Below are positions 28,360-41,853 of a stretch of DNA of 64,000 nt, one piece after another; positions within the stretch are counted from its first letter, which is position 1, and each line of letters starts with the position of its first letter. A program made the translations under genes and the position numbers. Source of the stretch: Candidatus Eiseniibacteriota bacterium (GTDB lineage Bacteria > Eisenbacteria > RBG-16-71-46). The notes below the pieces were generated by a model. It was not told where the DNA came from. It did no database searches and was given only the letters and a program-made list of their open reading frames with translations. The stretch covers positions 64,001 to 128,000 of the forward strand of contig CAVSAC010000010.1 of assembly GCA_963725865.1 (NCBI GenBank), written 5' to 3'.

Positions 28360-29462
28360 CTAGGCGCTCTGCCCCCACGGCACCAGCACGACCTTGCCGG
28401 CGTTGCCCGAGCGCAGCTGGGCGATGGCGTCGTTGACCTGCTCCATCGGCATGATGTGCGTGATCGCCGGGCGCACGTCGAGGCGGCCGGTGCGCAGCAG
28501 GTTGTCCATGACGTACCAGGTCTGGTACATGCGCCGTCCGATGATGCCGTGCAGCGTGATGCCCTTGAAGATCAGCAGCTTGTTCCAGTCCAGCTCGAAG
28601 TTCTCGCGCGGCAGACCGAGCAGCGAGAGCCGCCCGCCGTTGCGCAGCGCGGCGAGCGCGTCGCGGATGGCCGAGGCGTTGCCCGACATCTCGAGCACCC
28701 CGTCGAGGCCGCGGCCGTCCGTCAGCTCGTGCACGCGCCGGACGAAGTCCTCCTTCGAGACGTCGATGACGGCGTCGGCGTTCATCTTGCGCGCCAGCTC
28801 GAGCCGGTAGGGCGAGATGTCGCTGGCGATCACCTGGCAGGCGCCCGCGGCGCGCGCGACCGCGATCGCGAACAGCCCGATCGGCCCGCAGCCGGTCACC
28901 GCGATGCGGCAGGCGGACAGGTCGCCCGAGAACGCGGTGTGCACGGCGTTGCCGAGCGGCTCCATGATGCCCTGCACTTCGAGCGGGATGTTGCCGGGCG
29001 CGCGCCAGGCGTTCGCGGCCGGCACCGCCACGTACTCCGCCCAGCCCCCGTTGATGTCGACGCCGAGGATCTTCGTGTTCTCGCACACATGGCCGTTCCC
29101 GGTGCGGCAGGCGACGCAGTGCTCGCACACCACGTGGCTCTCGCATGAGACCCGCTCGCCGAGCTTGAACTCGCTCACGCCCGGGCCGAACTCGACGATC
29201 TCGCCCACGAACTCATGGCCGACGGTGACCGGCGGCTTCATGCGGTTCTGGGCCCACTGGTCCCATTCCCAGATGTGCAGGTCGGTGCCGCACACGCCGG
29301 CGCGCAGCACCTTCAGCAGGATCTGGCCGGGCGCGGGCGTCGGCACCGGCACGTCCTGGATCTCGAGCCCGGGGCCGGCCTTCGCCTTGACCACGGCCTT
29401 CATGGTGGTCTTGCGGGGCGTACCCGTGGCGGGTTTCTCAGCGGTCGCGGATGTGGTCGGAT

Positions 29463-29466
<4 letters not shown>
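28360..29466 (-). CDS. tdh: L-threonine 3-dehydrogenase
   Basis: GVCGTDLHIWEWDQWAQ, GHEFVG, structural Zn CxxCxxC...C, EPLGNAVHTA, GCGPIG; adjacent to kbl; alternative start ATG 29403. Confidence 0.95.
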
Positions 29467-32345
<2,879 letters not shown>

Positions 32346-32382
32346 CTGTGCAGCATAGCAGGCCGCGCCGGCTCCGCCATCC

Positions 32383-33654
32383 CTACTCCCAGCGCAGCGC
32401 CTCGACCGGGTCGAGGCGGGCGGCCCGCACCGCCGGGTAGAGCCCGAAGAACAGGCCGACCACGACGGAGAACGAGAACGCGAGCACCACCGACCACCAC
32501 GGCGTGTACGCCGGCAGACCCGAAGCCGCGCGCACGAGCTGCGCGATGCCGGCCCCCACCCCGATCCCGATCAGCCCGCCGATCCCGGTCAGGGTCGCGG
32601 CCTCGATCAGGAATTGCATGAGGATCGTCAGCCGCCGCGCGCCGAGCGCCTTGCGCAGCCCGATCTCGCGCGTGCGCTCGGTGACCGCCACCAGCATGAT
32701 GTTCATCACGCCGATGCCCCCCACCAGCAGCGCGATCGACGAGATCAGCAGCATCACGATGAAGGTGGCGCCGGTGAGCTGGCGGTAGAGGTCCGTGAGC
32801 GCCTCCTCGGTGAAGACCGCGAAATCGTTCGGCGCATTCTGCTTCACGTGGCGCCGCTGGCGCAGCACCTCGACGATCTCGTCCACCGCCGCGCCGGCAC
32901 GCTCGGAGCTCACGGGGAGCACGTTGAGGTAGTACTGACCCGACTTGGGGATGAAGAACGGCGCATCGGGCGGAGGCGGAAAGTACTTGTGCATCGTGGT
33001 GTAGGGGATCGTGATCACCTCGTCGGGGTTGAAGAACAGACTGCGCCCCTTCGGCTCCAGCTCCCCCACCACGTCGAACGGGATGCCCCCGATGTGCACG
33101 GTCTTGCCGATCGGATCGCCGCCGCTGAACAACGCCGCGCGCACGTCCCGGCCCAGCACCACCACCTGGGCATTGCGGCGCAGCTCCTCCTGCGTGAAGA
33201 ACCGTCCCAGCCACGGGTCGTACACGTTGACGACCTGGATCTCGGGATCGGCGCCGAGCACCTGCACGCCGCGGGTCGTGCGATCGCGATACTGCAGCGT
33301 GAGCGCGTCCGTGACGCCGAGCACCGACACCTCGCGCACGTCCGGGCACCGCTCGCGGATCGCCGCGGCATCCTCGGGCGTGAACGCCGCGCGGTGACGC
33401 AGGCTGTCCGGGAAGCCGCCCACGAACAGGTCGGGCTTGAGCTTCCGCACGTAGATCGTGTTCGAGCCGAAGGACGAGAACGACATCTCCACCGTGCGAT
33501 CGAAGCCCTTCACGATGCTCGCCATCGCCACCACGGTCGCGACTCCGATCACGACGCCGAGCGCCGTGAGCAACGAGCGCATGCGGTGGGCCCGCAGCGA
33601 CGTCATGGCCATGCGCGCGACCTGCGGCGTCAGGCTCCAGGCCGACGGGCTCAT
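32383..33654 (-). CDS. MacB/FtsX-family ABC permease (type B copy 2)
   Basis: RSLLTALGVVIGV; GGIGVMNIMLVAVTERTREIGLRKALGA; AARLDPVEALRWE. Confidence 0.93.
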   Translation of the reverse strand: MSPSAWSLTPQVARMAMTSLRAHRMRSLLTALGVVIGVATVVAMASIVKGFDRTVEMSFSSFGSNTIYVRKLKPDLFVGGFPDSLRHRAAFTPEDAAAIRERCPDVREVSVLGVTDALTLQYRDRTTRGVQVLGADPEIQVVNVYDPWLGRFFTQEELRRNAQVVVLGRDVRAALFSGGDPIGKTVHIGGIPFDVVGELEPKGRSLFFNPDEVITIPYTTMHKYFPPPPDAPFFIPKSGQYYLNVLPVSSERAGAAVDEIVEVLRQRRHVKQNAPNDFAVFTEEALTDLYRQLTGATFIVMLLISSIALLVGGIGVMNIMLVAVTERTREIGLRKALGARRLTILMQFLIEAATLTGIGGLIGIGVGAGIAQLVRAASGLPAYTPWWSVVLAFSFSVVVGLFFGLYPAVRAARLDPVEALRWE

Positions 33655-34865
33655 TCGAACCGCAGCGCGTCGATCGGGTCGAGGCGGGCGGCCCGAGCGG
33701 CCGGATAGGCGCCGAAGAACACCCCCACGCAGGTCGAGGAGGCGAGCCCCAGCACCACCGCCAGCGGGCTGACGTAGACGGGCAACGGGGTCGCGACTCC
33801 GATCAGCAGGGCGACCAGCGCGCCGAGCAGCACTCCCGTCGCGCCGCCGACCGCCGACAGCGTGACGGCCTCGATCAGGAACTGCGCCAGGATGTCCCGC
33901 CGGCGCGCGCCCAGCGCCTTGCGCACGCCGATCTCGCGGGTCCGCTCGGTGACCGAGACCAGCATGATGTTCATGATCACGATGCCCCCCACGAGCAGCG
34001 AGACCACCGAGACCCCGACGATGACCGCGAAGATGGCGCCCGAGAGCGTCCGCCAGAGTCCCATGTACATCTCGGGCGTGATGATCTCGAAGTCGTCGGG
34101 AGCGCCCATCGCGACGTGCCGGCGGGTCCGCAGCATCGCCCGGGCCTCGTCCTGGGCGGTCTCGAAGTGCTCCTGCCCCCGGCTGCGGACGACGATGCTC
34201 ACGCTCTGCACCCGGCCGTACGCGCGCAGGAAGCTCCCGAGCGGGACGAGCACGTACAGGTCCTGGCTCTGCCCGAACGAGGAGCCCTTGCGCACTCCGA
34301 CGCCCACGACGACCAGATGCATGTCCCCCACGCGCAGGTCACGGCCGACCGGGTCGAGCGATCCGAACAGCTGTTCCGCGAGGTCCGCGCCGACCACGCA
34401 CACCGGCGCCCGATTCTGCTGGTCGAGCAGCTCCAGCGGGCGTCCGTGGGCGACCGGCAGGTCCTCGACCAGCATGTAGCCGGCGCCGAGGCCGCGGACC
34501 GGCACGCGCTGCAGCGAACGGTTGCCCCGCCGCGCGCGCGCGAGCGTGGACAGTTCCGCGACCGCGGCTTCGACATGCGGGGCGCGCGCCACCGCCTCGG
34601 CGTCCGCCGGGGTCAGGTCCCGGCGGCGGGCCTGCTCGCGGATGCGGTTGAGGTCGAACTCGATCCCCACCTTGTCGATGGTGAAGACGTTCGAGCCCGC
34701 CTTCAGGAGCTGGCTCGACACGTAGCCATCGAGCCCCTGGACGAGGGACATCACGGCGATCACGGACGAGACGCCGATGACGACGCCGACCAGCGTCAGC
34801 GCGGACCGGAGCCGATTCGCTTTCAGGGCATCGAGGGCGATCCCCACGCTCTCGCGGGCGTTCAT
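33651..34865 (-). CDS. MacB/FtsX-family ABC permease (type A copy 2)
   Basis: MNARESVGIAL..ANRLRS; GGIVIMNIMLVSVTERTREIG. Confidence 0.93.
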   Translation of the reverse strand: MNARESVGIALDALKANRLRSALTLVGVVIGVSSVIAVMSLVQGLDGYVSSQLLKAGSNVFTIDKVGIEFDLNRIREQARRRDLTPADAEAVARAPHVEAAVAELSTLARARRGNRSLQRVPVRGLGAGYMLVEDLPVAHGRPLELLDQQNRAPVCVVGADLAEQLFGSLDPVGRDLRVGDMHLVVVGVGVRKGSSFGQSQDLYVLVPLGSFLRAYGRVQSVSIVVRSRGQEHFETAQDEARAMLRTRRHVAMGAPDDFEIITPEMYMGLWRTLSGAIFAVIVGVSVVSLLVGGIVIMNIMLVSVTERTREIGVRKALGARRRDILAQFLIEAVTLSAVGGATGVLLGALVALLIGVATPLPVYVSPLAVVLGLASSTCVGVFFGAYPAARAARLDPIDALRFE

Positions 34866-34871
34866 CGCGAG

Positions 34872-36140
34872 CTACTCGTAGCGCAACGAGTCCACCGGGT
34901 CGAGTCGCGACGCTCGCATCGCGGGGTAGAGTCCAAAGAACACGCCCACGACCGCGGAGAACAACAGGCCGAGGATCACCGACCACGGCGACACGAACGT
35001 GGGGAATGCCGTGGCCGCCCGCACGGCGGCGGAGATGCTCCAGCCGAGCAGGATGCCCAGCGCGCCCCCGCCGGCGGTCAGCAGCACCGCCTCGATCAGG
35101 AACTGGGTGAGGATCGCGCGCCGCGGCGCTCCCAGCGCCTTGCGCACCCCGATCTCGCGGGTCCGCTCCGTGACGGCCACCAGCATGATGTTCATCACGC
35201 CGATGCCGCCCACCAGCAGCGCGATCGACGAGATCAACGTCATCACCGCGACGATGCTGCCGGTGAGCTGCTGGTACAACGACAGGAACACGTCGTCCGT
35301 GAATACCGCGAAATTGTTGCCCTTGTTGCTCGGCAGGCTGCGGCGGATCCGCAGCGCGTCGATGATCTCCGTCTGGGCCTGCGCGCTGAGGTCGGGCGAC
35401 TGCGCGATGGCGTCGAGGAACAGCTCGCCGCGCTTGGGAAACCACGGCGGGGCGTCGTTGGGCGCCGGGAAGTACTTGTCGATCGTCGTGTAGGGGATCA
35501 CGCACAGCTCATCGAGGTTCTGACCCAGCAGCTTGCCCTTGCCGCCGAACTCCCCGATCACCGTGAACGGGATGTCACCGATGTGGACCGTGCACCCGAG
35601 CGGGTCGGAGTTCGCGAACAGCGTCTCGCGGGTGTCCTTGCCGAGCACGCAGAGGTTCGCGCGCCGATCGACTTCCTCGCCGGTGAAGAACCGTCCGTGC
35701 GCGAGGTCGTATCCATTCGTGACCACGTAGTCCTGATTGGTGCCGAAGACCTGCGTGAAGCGGGTCTTCTTCTCGCGATACCCAATGCGCAGGTTCTGCC
35801 ACGGCCACTTCAGGGGCGAGATCGCCTTCACGGACGGCGAGCGCGCGAGGATGAACCGCCCGTCGTCCATCGAGAACGCGCGGCGCTGCCGGAGGCTGTC
35901 GGGGATGTCGTCGTTGAAGCGCACGCCCGGACGGATGCGCCGGATGTAGATCGTGTTGTTGCCGAGGGACTGGATGCTCTGCTGGACCGACCGCTGCAGC
36001 CCGTTCACCAGGGCCACCATGCCGATCAGTGTGGCCACCCCGATGACGATACCGAGCAGCGCGAGCATCGACCGCAACCGGTTGGCGACCAGCGCGCCCG
36101 CCGCCATGCGGGCGGTCTCGCCCAGCATCCGCAGGTCCAT
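34872..36140 (-). CDS. MacB/FtsX-family ABC permease (type B copy 1)
   Basis: GGIGVMNIMLVAVTERTREIG; ASRLDPVDSLRYE. Confidence 0.93.
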   Translation of the reverse strand: MDLRMLGETARMAAGALVANRLRSMLALLGIVIGVATLIGMVALVNGLQRSVQQSIQSLGNNTIYIRRIRPGVRFNDDIPDSLRQRRAFSMDDGRFILARSPSVKAISPLKWPWQNLRIGYREKKTRFTQVFGTNQDYVVTNGYDLAHGRFFTGEEVDRRANLCVLGKDTRETLFANSDPLGCTVHIGDIPFTVIGEFGGKGKLLGQNLDELCVIPYTTIDKYFPAPNDAPPWFPKRGELFLDAIAQSPDLSAQAQTEIIDALRIRRSLPSNKGNNFAVFTDDVFLSLYQQLTGSIVAVMTLISSIALLVGGIGVMNIMLVAVTERTREIGVRKALGAPRRAILTQFLIEAVLLTAGGGALGILLGWSISAAVRAATAFPTFVSPWSVILGLLFSAVVGVFFGLYPAMRASRLDPVDSLRYE

Positions 36141-36143
36141 GCC

Positions 36144-37361
36144 CTACTCGTAGCGAAGCGCCTCGATCGGATCGAGGCGCGCGGCACGGGTGGCGGGATA
36201 CGAGCCGAAGAAGATCCCGATGAGGGTGGACATGAGGATTCCGAGGATCACCGCCGGCAGCGAGAACGCCGTTGGCAGCGGCGTGAGCAGCCCGACGAGA
36301 CCCGCGACGCTGAGTCCACCGAGGATCCCGATCGCACCACCGCTCAGCGACAGGGTGGTGGACTCCACCAGGAACTGCGTGAGGATGTCGCGGCGGCGCG
36401 CGCCGAGCGCCTTGCGAACGCCGATCTCGCGGGTCCGCTCGGTGACCGAGACCAGCATGATGTTCATGATCACGATGCCGCCCACCACGAGCGAGATCGC
36501 CGCGACGCCGATCGTGAGCTTGAACACGTTGCCGGTGATGCTGTGGAACAGCTCCAGCAGGGTCTCCGAGGTCGTGATGCCGAAGTCGTCGGGCCGCCCG
36601 GGGCGCAGGTGGTGCCGGCCCCGCATCACGGTGCGGACCTCCTGCTGCGCGAGCGGCAGCGAGGCCTCGTCGATGCTCTTCACGGCGACTGTGAACGAGC
36701 CCCGTTCCTGCTTGTACTTCTGGAAGGTCCGGATCGGAATCGTCACGAAGCGATCCTGGCTCTGCCCCAGCAGCTTGCCCTTCGCGCTCGTCACGCCCAC
36801 CACCTGGTAGGTCTCCTGCCCGACCCGCACGAATTTGCCGATCGGATCCATGCCCGGGAACAGGTCGTCGACGACCTCGGGACCGATCACGCACACCATC
36901 CCGCGGTGTTCGTCGTCGAAATCCGTGAGGTGGCGGCCATTCGCCAGCCCGAGGTCCTCCACGAGCTCGTAGCCGGGCCCGCGGCCGCGGACCTCCATGC
37001 CCCGCATCTCGCGGTTCCGGTAGTGGACCGTCTCCTGGGTGCCACTCATCGCCACCGCCATGGCGACGTGAGGCAGCGACCCCCGGAGGGCGTCGGCGTC
37101 GTCGAGCGTGAAGTCCGGCCGCTGGAGCGCGGCTTCCCACGCATCCTGACTGGTGATCACGCCGTACCGGTCCACGTAGAAGACGTTCGCCCCGACGTTG
37201 AGGATCTTGTTGCTCACGTACCGATTGAGCCCCTCGACGATGGACACGACGGCGATCACCGACATGACGCCGATGATGGTGCCGAGCAGCGTCAGGAAGG
37301 AGCGCATCTTGTTCGCGCGCAGCGCTCCCAAAGCGATGCCCGCACTTTCGCGCAGATTCAT
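36144..37361 (-). CDS. MacB/FtsX-family ABC permease (type A copy 1)
   Basis: MNLRESAGIAL..ANKMRS; GGIVIMNIMLVSVTERTREIG. Confidence 0.93.
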   Translation of the reverse strand: MNLRESAGIALGALRANKMRSFLTLLGTIIGVMSVIAVVSIVEGLNRYVSNKILNVGANVFYVDRYGVITSQDAWEAALQRPDFTLDDADALRGSLPHVAMAVAMSGTQETVHYRNREMRGMEVRGRGPGYELVEDLGLANGRHLTDFDDEHRGMVCVIGPEVVDDLFPGMDPIGKFVRVGQETYQVVGVTSAKGKLLGQSQDRFVTIPIRTFQKYKQERGSFTVAVKSIDEASLPLAQQEVRTVMRGRHHLRPGRPDDFGITTSETLLELFHSITGNVFKLTIGVAAISLVVGGIVIMNIMLVSVTERTREIGVRKALGARRRDILTQFLVESTTLSLSGGAIGILGGLSVAGLVGLLTPLPTAFSLPAVILGILMSTLIGIFFGSYPATRAARLDPIEALRYE

Positions 37362-37381
37362 GACCCCTCCTCAGCAGTCCG

Positions 37382-38101
37382 TCAGGACGCGGCCGGCGAC
37401 GGGGACGACTCGCTGACGGGCGCGTCGCTCTCGATCTTGCCGTCCCGCATGCGCACGATCCGGTGCGCGTGCTTCGCGATGTCGTGCTCGTGGGTCACCA
37501 GGATGACCGTGTTGCCGGCAGCGTGGATGCGCGCGAAAGCGGCCATGATGTCCTCGCCCGTCACCGTATCGAGGTTCCCGGTCGGCTCGTCGGCGAGGAT
37601 GATGCTGGGGCGATTCACGAGCGCCCGCGCGATCGCCACGCGCTGCCGCTGGCCACCCGAGAGCTCGTTCGGCTTGTGCTTCATGCGGTCGGTCAGCCCG
37701 ACCAGTTCCAGCGCCTCCTTGGCGCGGCGGCGGCGCTCCTCGTGCTTGATGCCGGCGTACACGAGCGGCAGCTCGACGTTGTGCAGCGCGTCGGCGCGGG
37801 CGAGCAGGTTGAACGTCTGGAAGACGAACCCGATCTCCTGGTTCCGGATGCGGGCGAGCTCGTCGTCGGACAGGGTGCCGATCTCGACCGACTTGAGCTT
37901 GTACGAACCCCGCGACGGCGTGTCGAGGCAGCCGACGATGTTCATGAGGGTCGACTTCCCGGAGCCGGAGGGCCCCATGATCGCCACGTACTCGCCCTTG
38001 TCGATCTCCAGGTCCACGCCGTTCAGCGCGTGCACCTGCTCCGTGCCGACCTGATAGACCCGATGCAGATCGCGGATGCCGATGAGGTCCGATGCGCTCA
38101 C
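37382..38101 (-). CDS. MacB/LolD-type ABC ATPase
   Basis: [32 protein letters not shown]. Confidence 0.95.
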   Translation of the reverse strand: MSASDLIGIRDLHRVYQVGTEQVHALNGVDLEIDKGEYVAIMGPSGSGKSTLMNIVGCLDTPSRGSYKLKSVEIGTLSDDELARIRNQEIGFVFQTFNLLARADALHNVELPLVYAGIKHEERRRRAKEALELVGLTDRMKHKPNELSGGQRQRVAIARALVNRPSIILADEPTGNLDTVTGEDIMAAFARIHAAGNTVILVTHEHDIAKHAHRIVRMRDGKIESDAPVSESSPSPAAS

Positions 38102-39384
38102 TTCTTCCCCTTCGCGGTCCCGGTCTCCTTCTTCACCTTCTGTTCGGGCTTCAGCTCGCGGAGCGCCTTGTAGGGTCCGGAGACCACCACGTCGCCGTCC
38201 TTGAGCTCGCCAAACACTTCGATCATGGTCTCGCTCGCGATCCCGGTCCGCACGGGCACGAACTTCGCCACGCCGCTGCGGGACACGAACACGCCGGTGA
38301 TCTCCTTCTCGCGTCGGCCGACCGTGTCCTCGTCCGCGGCGAGCGCGTCGCCCGCCTTCGGCCGCCGCGCGGCGGCCTTCCCCTTCTTCGTGGCGCTCTC
38401 GAGTTCGCGCTCGGTTCGCACGACCACCGCCTGGATGGGGATCGCGCGGGTCTTCGCGTGGGTCGCCGTCTCGATCTCGACGTCGGCGGTCATCCCGGGG
38501 CGCACCTCCGGGACGTCGTGGTCGAAGACCACCTTGACCTCGAAGTTGGTCTGCCCCTCGGTCCCGGTGAGCGAGCGCTTCGCCGTGTTCCCGATCTCGG
38601 TCACGGATCCCGCGAACGACGTATCCGGGAGCGCATCGACGGTGATCTTCGCCTTCTGGCCGAGCCGCACGTCCACGACGTCCGTCTCGTCGACGTCCGC
38701 CCGCACGAGCATCCGCGAGAGGTCGGAGACGGTGAGGATCTGCGTGCCGGGGTTGTTCATCGTGCCAGTGATCACGATCTCACCCTGTTCCACGTTCAGC
38801 TCGCTCACGACGCCGTCGAACGGCGCCAGGAAGCGGCACTTCGAGACGTTGTCGATCGCCCCGTCGAGCGCCGCGCGCGCGCGCGCGACCTCCTCGGTCG
38901 TGGTCGCCCCTGCACTGCGCGCCGCCTCGTGGGCGGTGGTGGCCTGGTCCCACTCGGCCTCCGACAGCAGCTTCTGCTCGAACAGCGTCCGCTGCCGGCC
39001 GAAATTGGAATCTGCCACCTTCAGCGCCGCCTGCGCCTCGCGCTGCCGCGCCTGCGCCGACGCCAGCGCCGCGCGCGCCTGATCCTGCTGCGCGCGATAC
39101 TGGGTGTCGTCGAGCTGCAGCATGAGCTGCCCGCGCCGCACGCGGTCGCCTTCCTGGACGACCAGCTTCAGCACCTTGCCGGGGATGTCGGCGCTCACTT
39201 TCACCTGCGTGCGCGGCTCGATCTTCCCGGGAGCGCGCACCCGCGCGACCACGTCCTCGGTCCGCACTCGCGCGAACTGGACCGAGACGGCGCGGCCCTG
39301 CGACTGGCGCATCGCGCTCACCCCGATGAGCAGCGCCACCACGACCACCGCGAGTCCGATCCAGATCCACTTCTTGCTCTTCAT
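38098..39384 (-). CDS. periplasmic adaptor / membrane fusion protein (MacA-like)
   Basis: N-terminal TM, lipoyl-like halves ([11 protein letters not shown] / APFDGVV), coiled coil, [10 protein letters not shown]. Confidence 0.92.
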   Translation of the reverse strand: MKSKKWIWIGLAVVVVALLIGVSAMRQSQGRAVSVQFARVRTEDVVARVRAPGKIEPRTQVKVSADIPGKVLKLVVQEGDRVRRGQLMLQLDDTQYRAQQDQARAALASAQARQREAQAALKVADSNFGRQRTLFEQKLLSEAEWDQATTAHEAARSAGATTTEEVARARAALDGAIDNVSKCRFLAPFDGVVSELNVEQGEIVITGTMNNPGTQILTVSDLSRMLVRADVDETDVVDVRLGQKAKITVDALPDTSFAGSVTEIGNTAKRSLTGTEGQTNFEVKVVFDHDVPEVRPGMTADVEIETATHAKTRAIPIQAVVVRTERELESATKKGKAAARRPKAGDALAADEDTVGRREKEITGVFVSRSGVAKFVPVRTGIASETMIEVFGELKDGDVVVSGPYKALRELKPEQKVKKETGTAKGKK

Positions 39385-39416
39385 CTATCCCTCCGGCTCG
39401 GAGTGGGGGAACCAGG

Positions 39417-40811
39417 TCACCGCGCCCCGCCGCCGCGCACCTGCTCCAGCTGCGCCTCGGCCACACGGATGCCCGCCAGGGCCGTGACCCCCTCGTTCTG
39501 GGCCCGCTGGAGCTGGACCTGCGCATCGATGAGGTCGAGGATCGTCGACGAACCGACGTTGTACTTCTGCTGCGTCAGCTTGAGGTTCTCGGTGGCCGAC
39601 TCGATCGCGCGACGCGCCACGCGGTCGCTCTCGATCGCCAGCCGGTAGTCGAGGATCGCCCGGTGGACTTCACTGGTCAGATTCCGCCGCAGCGCATCCC
39701 GCGCCTCGCGATTCCGCATCACGAGGGCGCGCGAGCTGGCGATGCGCCCCTCGGTCGCGAATCCGTTGAACAGGTCGAGGTTGAGGGAGATGGAAGCGCT
39801 GTAGTCGATGTCGGCTTCGCTGCGGCCCGAGCGGTCGACCGGCACCGGGTAGTCGTGGACCGCGCCCAGCGAGTCGATGAACTGGTACTGCGTCTGCCTG
39901 CTGTTCGAGCGAGGCTGAAACGTCGCCCCGCCGTTCACCGACACGTACGGCAGGCGACGGAAGTTCGCGGCCCGCAGGGACGCCTCAGCGGAACGCAGAT
40001 CCTCTTCCGCCGCCAACAGGTCGGGCCGATTGCGGGCGGCTTCGGCGAGCACGGCGCTCTCGTCGTAGTCTCGCGGTTCCGCGGTCAGCACCGTGTCCAC
40101 CTCGCCCAGCTCGGACTCGCCCACGCCCAATTGCGCGGCGAGCAGCACGCGCTGCGCCACCACCGCCTGCGCCGAGGTGAGCGAATCCAGCTCGCTCTGC
40201 GCGGTCTGCACCTGCGACTTGAGCAGGTCGCTCCGGGACACCGAGCCGACTTCGAACAGCGCTCGCACGCGGCGCTCGTTGTCACGCGACAGGTGCAGCG
40301 CACTGGTCGACACGTCCGCCAGGCGCACCGCCGTCACGACCCTGTAGAACTGGCGCCGCGTCTCGAGCACGACGCCGTTCGCGGCCGCCGTACGGCTGTG
40401 CTGCGCCGCCTTCATCCCCATCTGGGCCGCCCGCAGCCCGGCGATCGACGACAGGTTCAGCACCGACCACTGACCGTTCAGCGACGGGCTGGTCGAGTAG
40501 CTCTCGCGGTCGCTGCGTACGGTCGGGAAGCTCTGCGAGCCGAAGAAGGTGACGCCCTCCGCCTTCTTCTCCCACGAGCCGCTGCGCGACAGCCCGGCGG
40601 ACACGGACGGCAGCACGCCCGCGTAGGACGAATACACCCCGCCGCGCGCATCGAGCACGCCCGCTTCGGCATTGATCATCTGCGTGCTGCGCTGCAGCGC
40701 CATCTGCACGGCGCGATCCACCGACAGCATCTCGGCGGACACGGCCGTGGGCGCCAGCGCGACGGCCACCGCGATCGAGAGGTACGCGAGGGTCCGCTCC
40801 GTCATCCGCAT
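39417..40811 (-). CDS. TolC family outer-membrane channel
   Basis: Signal peptide; duplicated OEP repeats (LFEVGSVSRSDLL, KYNVGSSTILDLIDAQ). Confidence 0.9.
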   Translation of the reverse strand: MRMTERTLAYLSIAVAVALAPTAVSAEMLSVDRAVQMALQRSTQMINAEAGVLDARGGVYSSYAGVLPSVSAGLSRSGSWEKKAEGVTFFGSQSFPTVRSDRESYSTSPSLNGQWSVLNLSSIAGLRAAQMGMKAAQHSRTAAANGVVLETRRQFYRVVTAVRLADVSTSALHLSRDNERRVRALFEVGSVSRSDLLKSQVQTAQSELDSLTSAQAVVAQRVLLAAQLGVGESELGEVDTVLTAEPRDYDESAVLAEAARNRPDLLAAEEDLRSAEASLRAANFRRLPYVSVNGGATFQPRSNSRQTQYQFIDSLGAVHDYPVPVDRSGRSEADIDYSASISLNLDLFNGFATEGRIASSRALVMRNREARDALRRNLTSEVHRAILDYRLAIESDRVARRAIESATENLKLTQQKYNVGSSTILDLIDAQVQLQRAQNEGVTALAGIRVAEAQLEQVRGGGAR

Positions 40812-40896
40812 GCAACTCCTCCGGGTTCTTGAGTCCGGGCGGTCCGCCGGACGTGGGTTTCCTACGTTCGATCGTCTGAAAGGTTGCGCGCCGTCA

Positions 40897-41655
40897 CTAT
40901 GCCGGCGTGTTCAGCGCCCCGACGACGGCCTGGACCATCATCAGCACCAGGAACAAACTGCCCAGGACCCACGCCACCGACCTGCGCGCCGCCCCAGTGA
41001 GGGCCACGACGCCCAGCACCGTGACGACCAGCGGCCAGAGCGACAGCGGGCCCAGTGAGTCCAGGAAGGCGGCGAGCCCGTGCATCAGCTTCGAAGGGGT
41101 CTCCGGTTCGGGCAGGAGCGCCCCGAAGCCCACGTGCACGCCGCGGAGCGACTCCTTCATCCAGGCCAGCGCCCCCACCGCCAGGAGCGAAGGCAGCGAA
41201 GTCAGCCACGACCACGCCGTCACCTCGAGCGCCATCCGAAAGCGAAAGCGAACCCCGATGATGAAGCTCACACAGAACTGGATCAGCGCGGCCGCAACGA
41301 GCAGCAGGACCAGCATGGTCAGCATCTGGAACACGACGCCGATTCCGATGCCCAGCGGCGACAGCATCATGCGCTGCGCCGCCTCCAGGCTCTCCGGCGG
41401 CATCTGCCCGCTGGCGACCTGTGCTTCCATGTTCTCGATCGACATGGGTGCGATCGCTCGCGGGAACATCACCGCGGTCCATGCTCCCGAGCACACGAGC
41501 ATCACCACGGTGGGGAACCACCACTGCGACCTCGCCTCGAGTCCCGACCACGCCTGCGAGGGACGCACGAAGATCGCGACCGCGCGCTGGAGGTAGGGCA
41601 TCGTGGGCGCGGACGAGGGAGCCGGCGTCTCGACGGAGGGATCGGTCTCGCTCAC
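40897..41655 (-). CDS. Yip1 family membrane protein (YknW-like accessory)
   Basis: AIFVRPSQAWSGL Yip1 N-terminal pattern, about 5 TM segments; AGGAG RBS before GTG 41655. Confidence 0.8.
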   Translation of the reverse strand: MSETDPSVETPAPSSAPTMPYLQRAVAIFVRPSQAWSGLEARSQWWFPTVVMLVCSGAWTAVMFPRAIAPMSIENMEAQVASGQMPPESLEAAQRMMLSPLGIGIGVVFQMLTMLVLLLVAAALIQFCVSFIIGVRFRFRMALEVTAWSWLTSLPSLLAVGALAWMKESLRGVHVGFGALLPEPETPSKLMHGLAAFLDSLGPLSLWPLVVTVLGVVALTGAARRSVAWVLGSLFLVLMMVQAVVGALNTPA

Positions 41656-41719
41656 GGACGTGCTCCTGAGGGGGGACGGACGAGGGGATGACCATGGCCG
41701 CACACAGTCTGGACGAGCG

Positions 41720-41748
41720 AGCCTAGGCGGGGTGTCGCGGGGGGTCAA
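41720..41748 (-). promoter_or_regulatory. sigma70-type promoter of the Yip1-TolC-Mac operon
   Basis: TTGACC-N17-TAGGCT on the minus strand. Confidence 0.6.
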
Positions 41749-41769
41749 CCGGGGGGGTACCGGCGCGGC

Positions 41770-41796
41770 AAAACCGCCCCCCCGACGGGGACGCGG
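41770..41796 (-). terminator. intrinsic terminator after tonB
   Basis: Minus strand CCGCGTCCCC-GTCG-GGGGGGCGG followed by TTTT. Confidence 0.6.
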
Positions 41797-41853
41797 ACCG
41801 GCACACGAAAGGCCGGGACGACCACGCCCCGGCCTCGCGTGAACCACGTTCCG

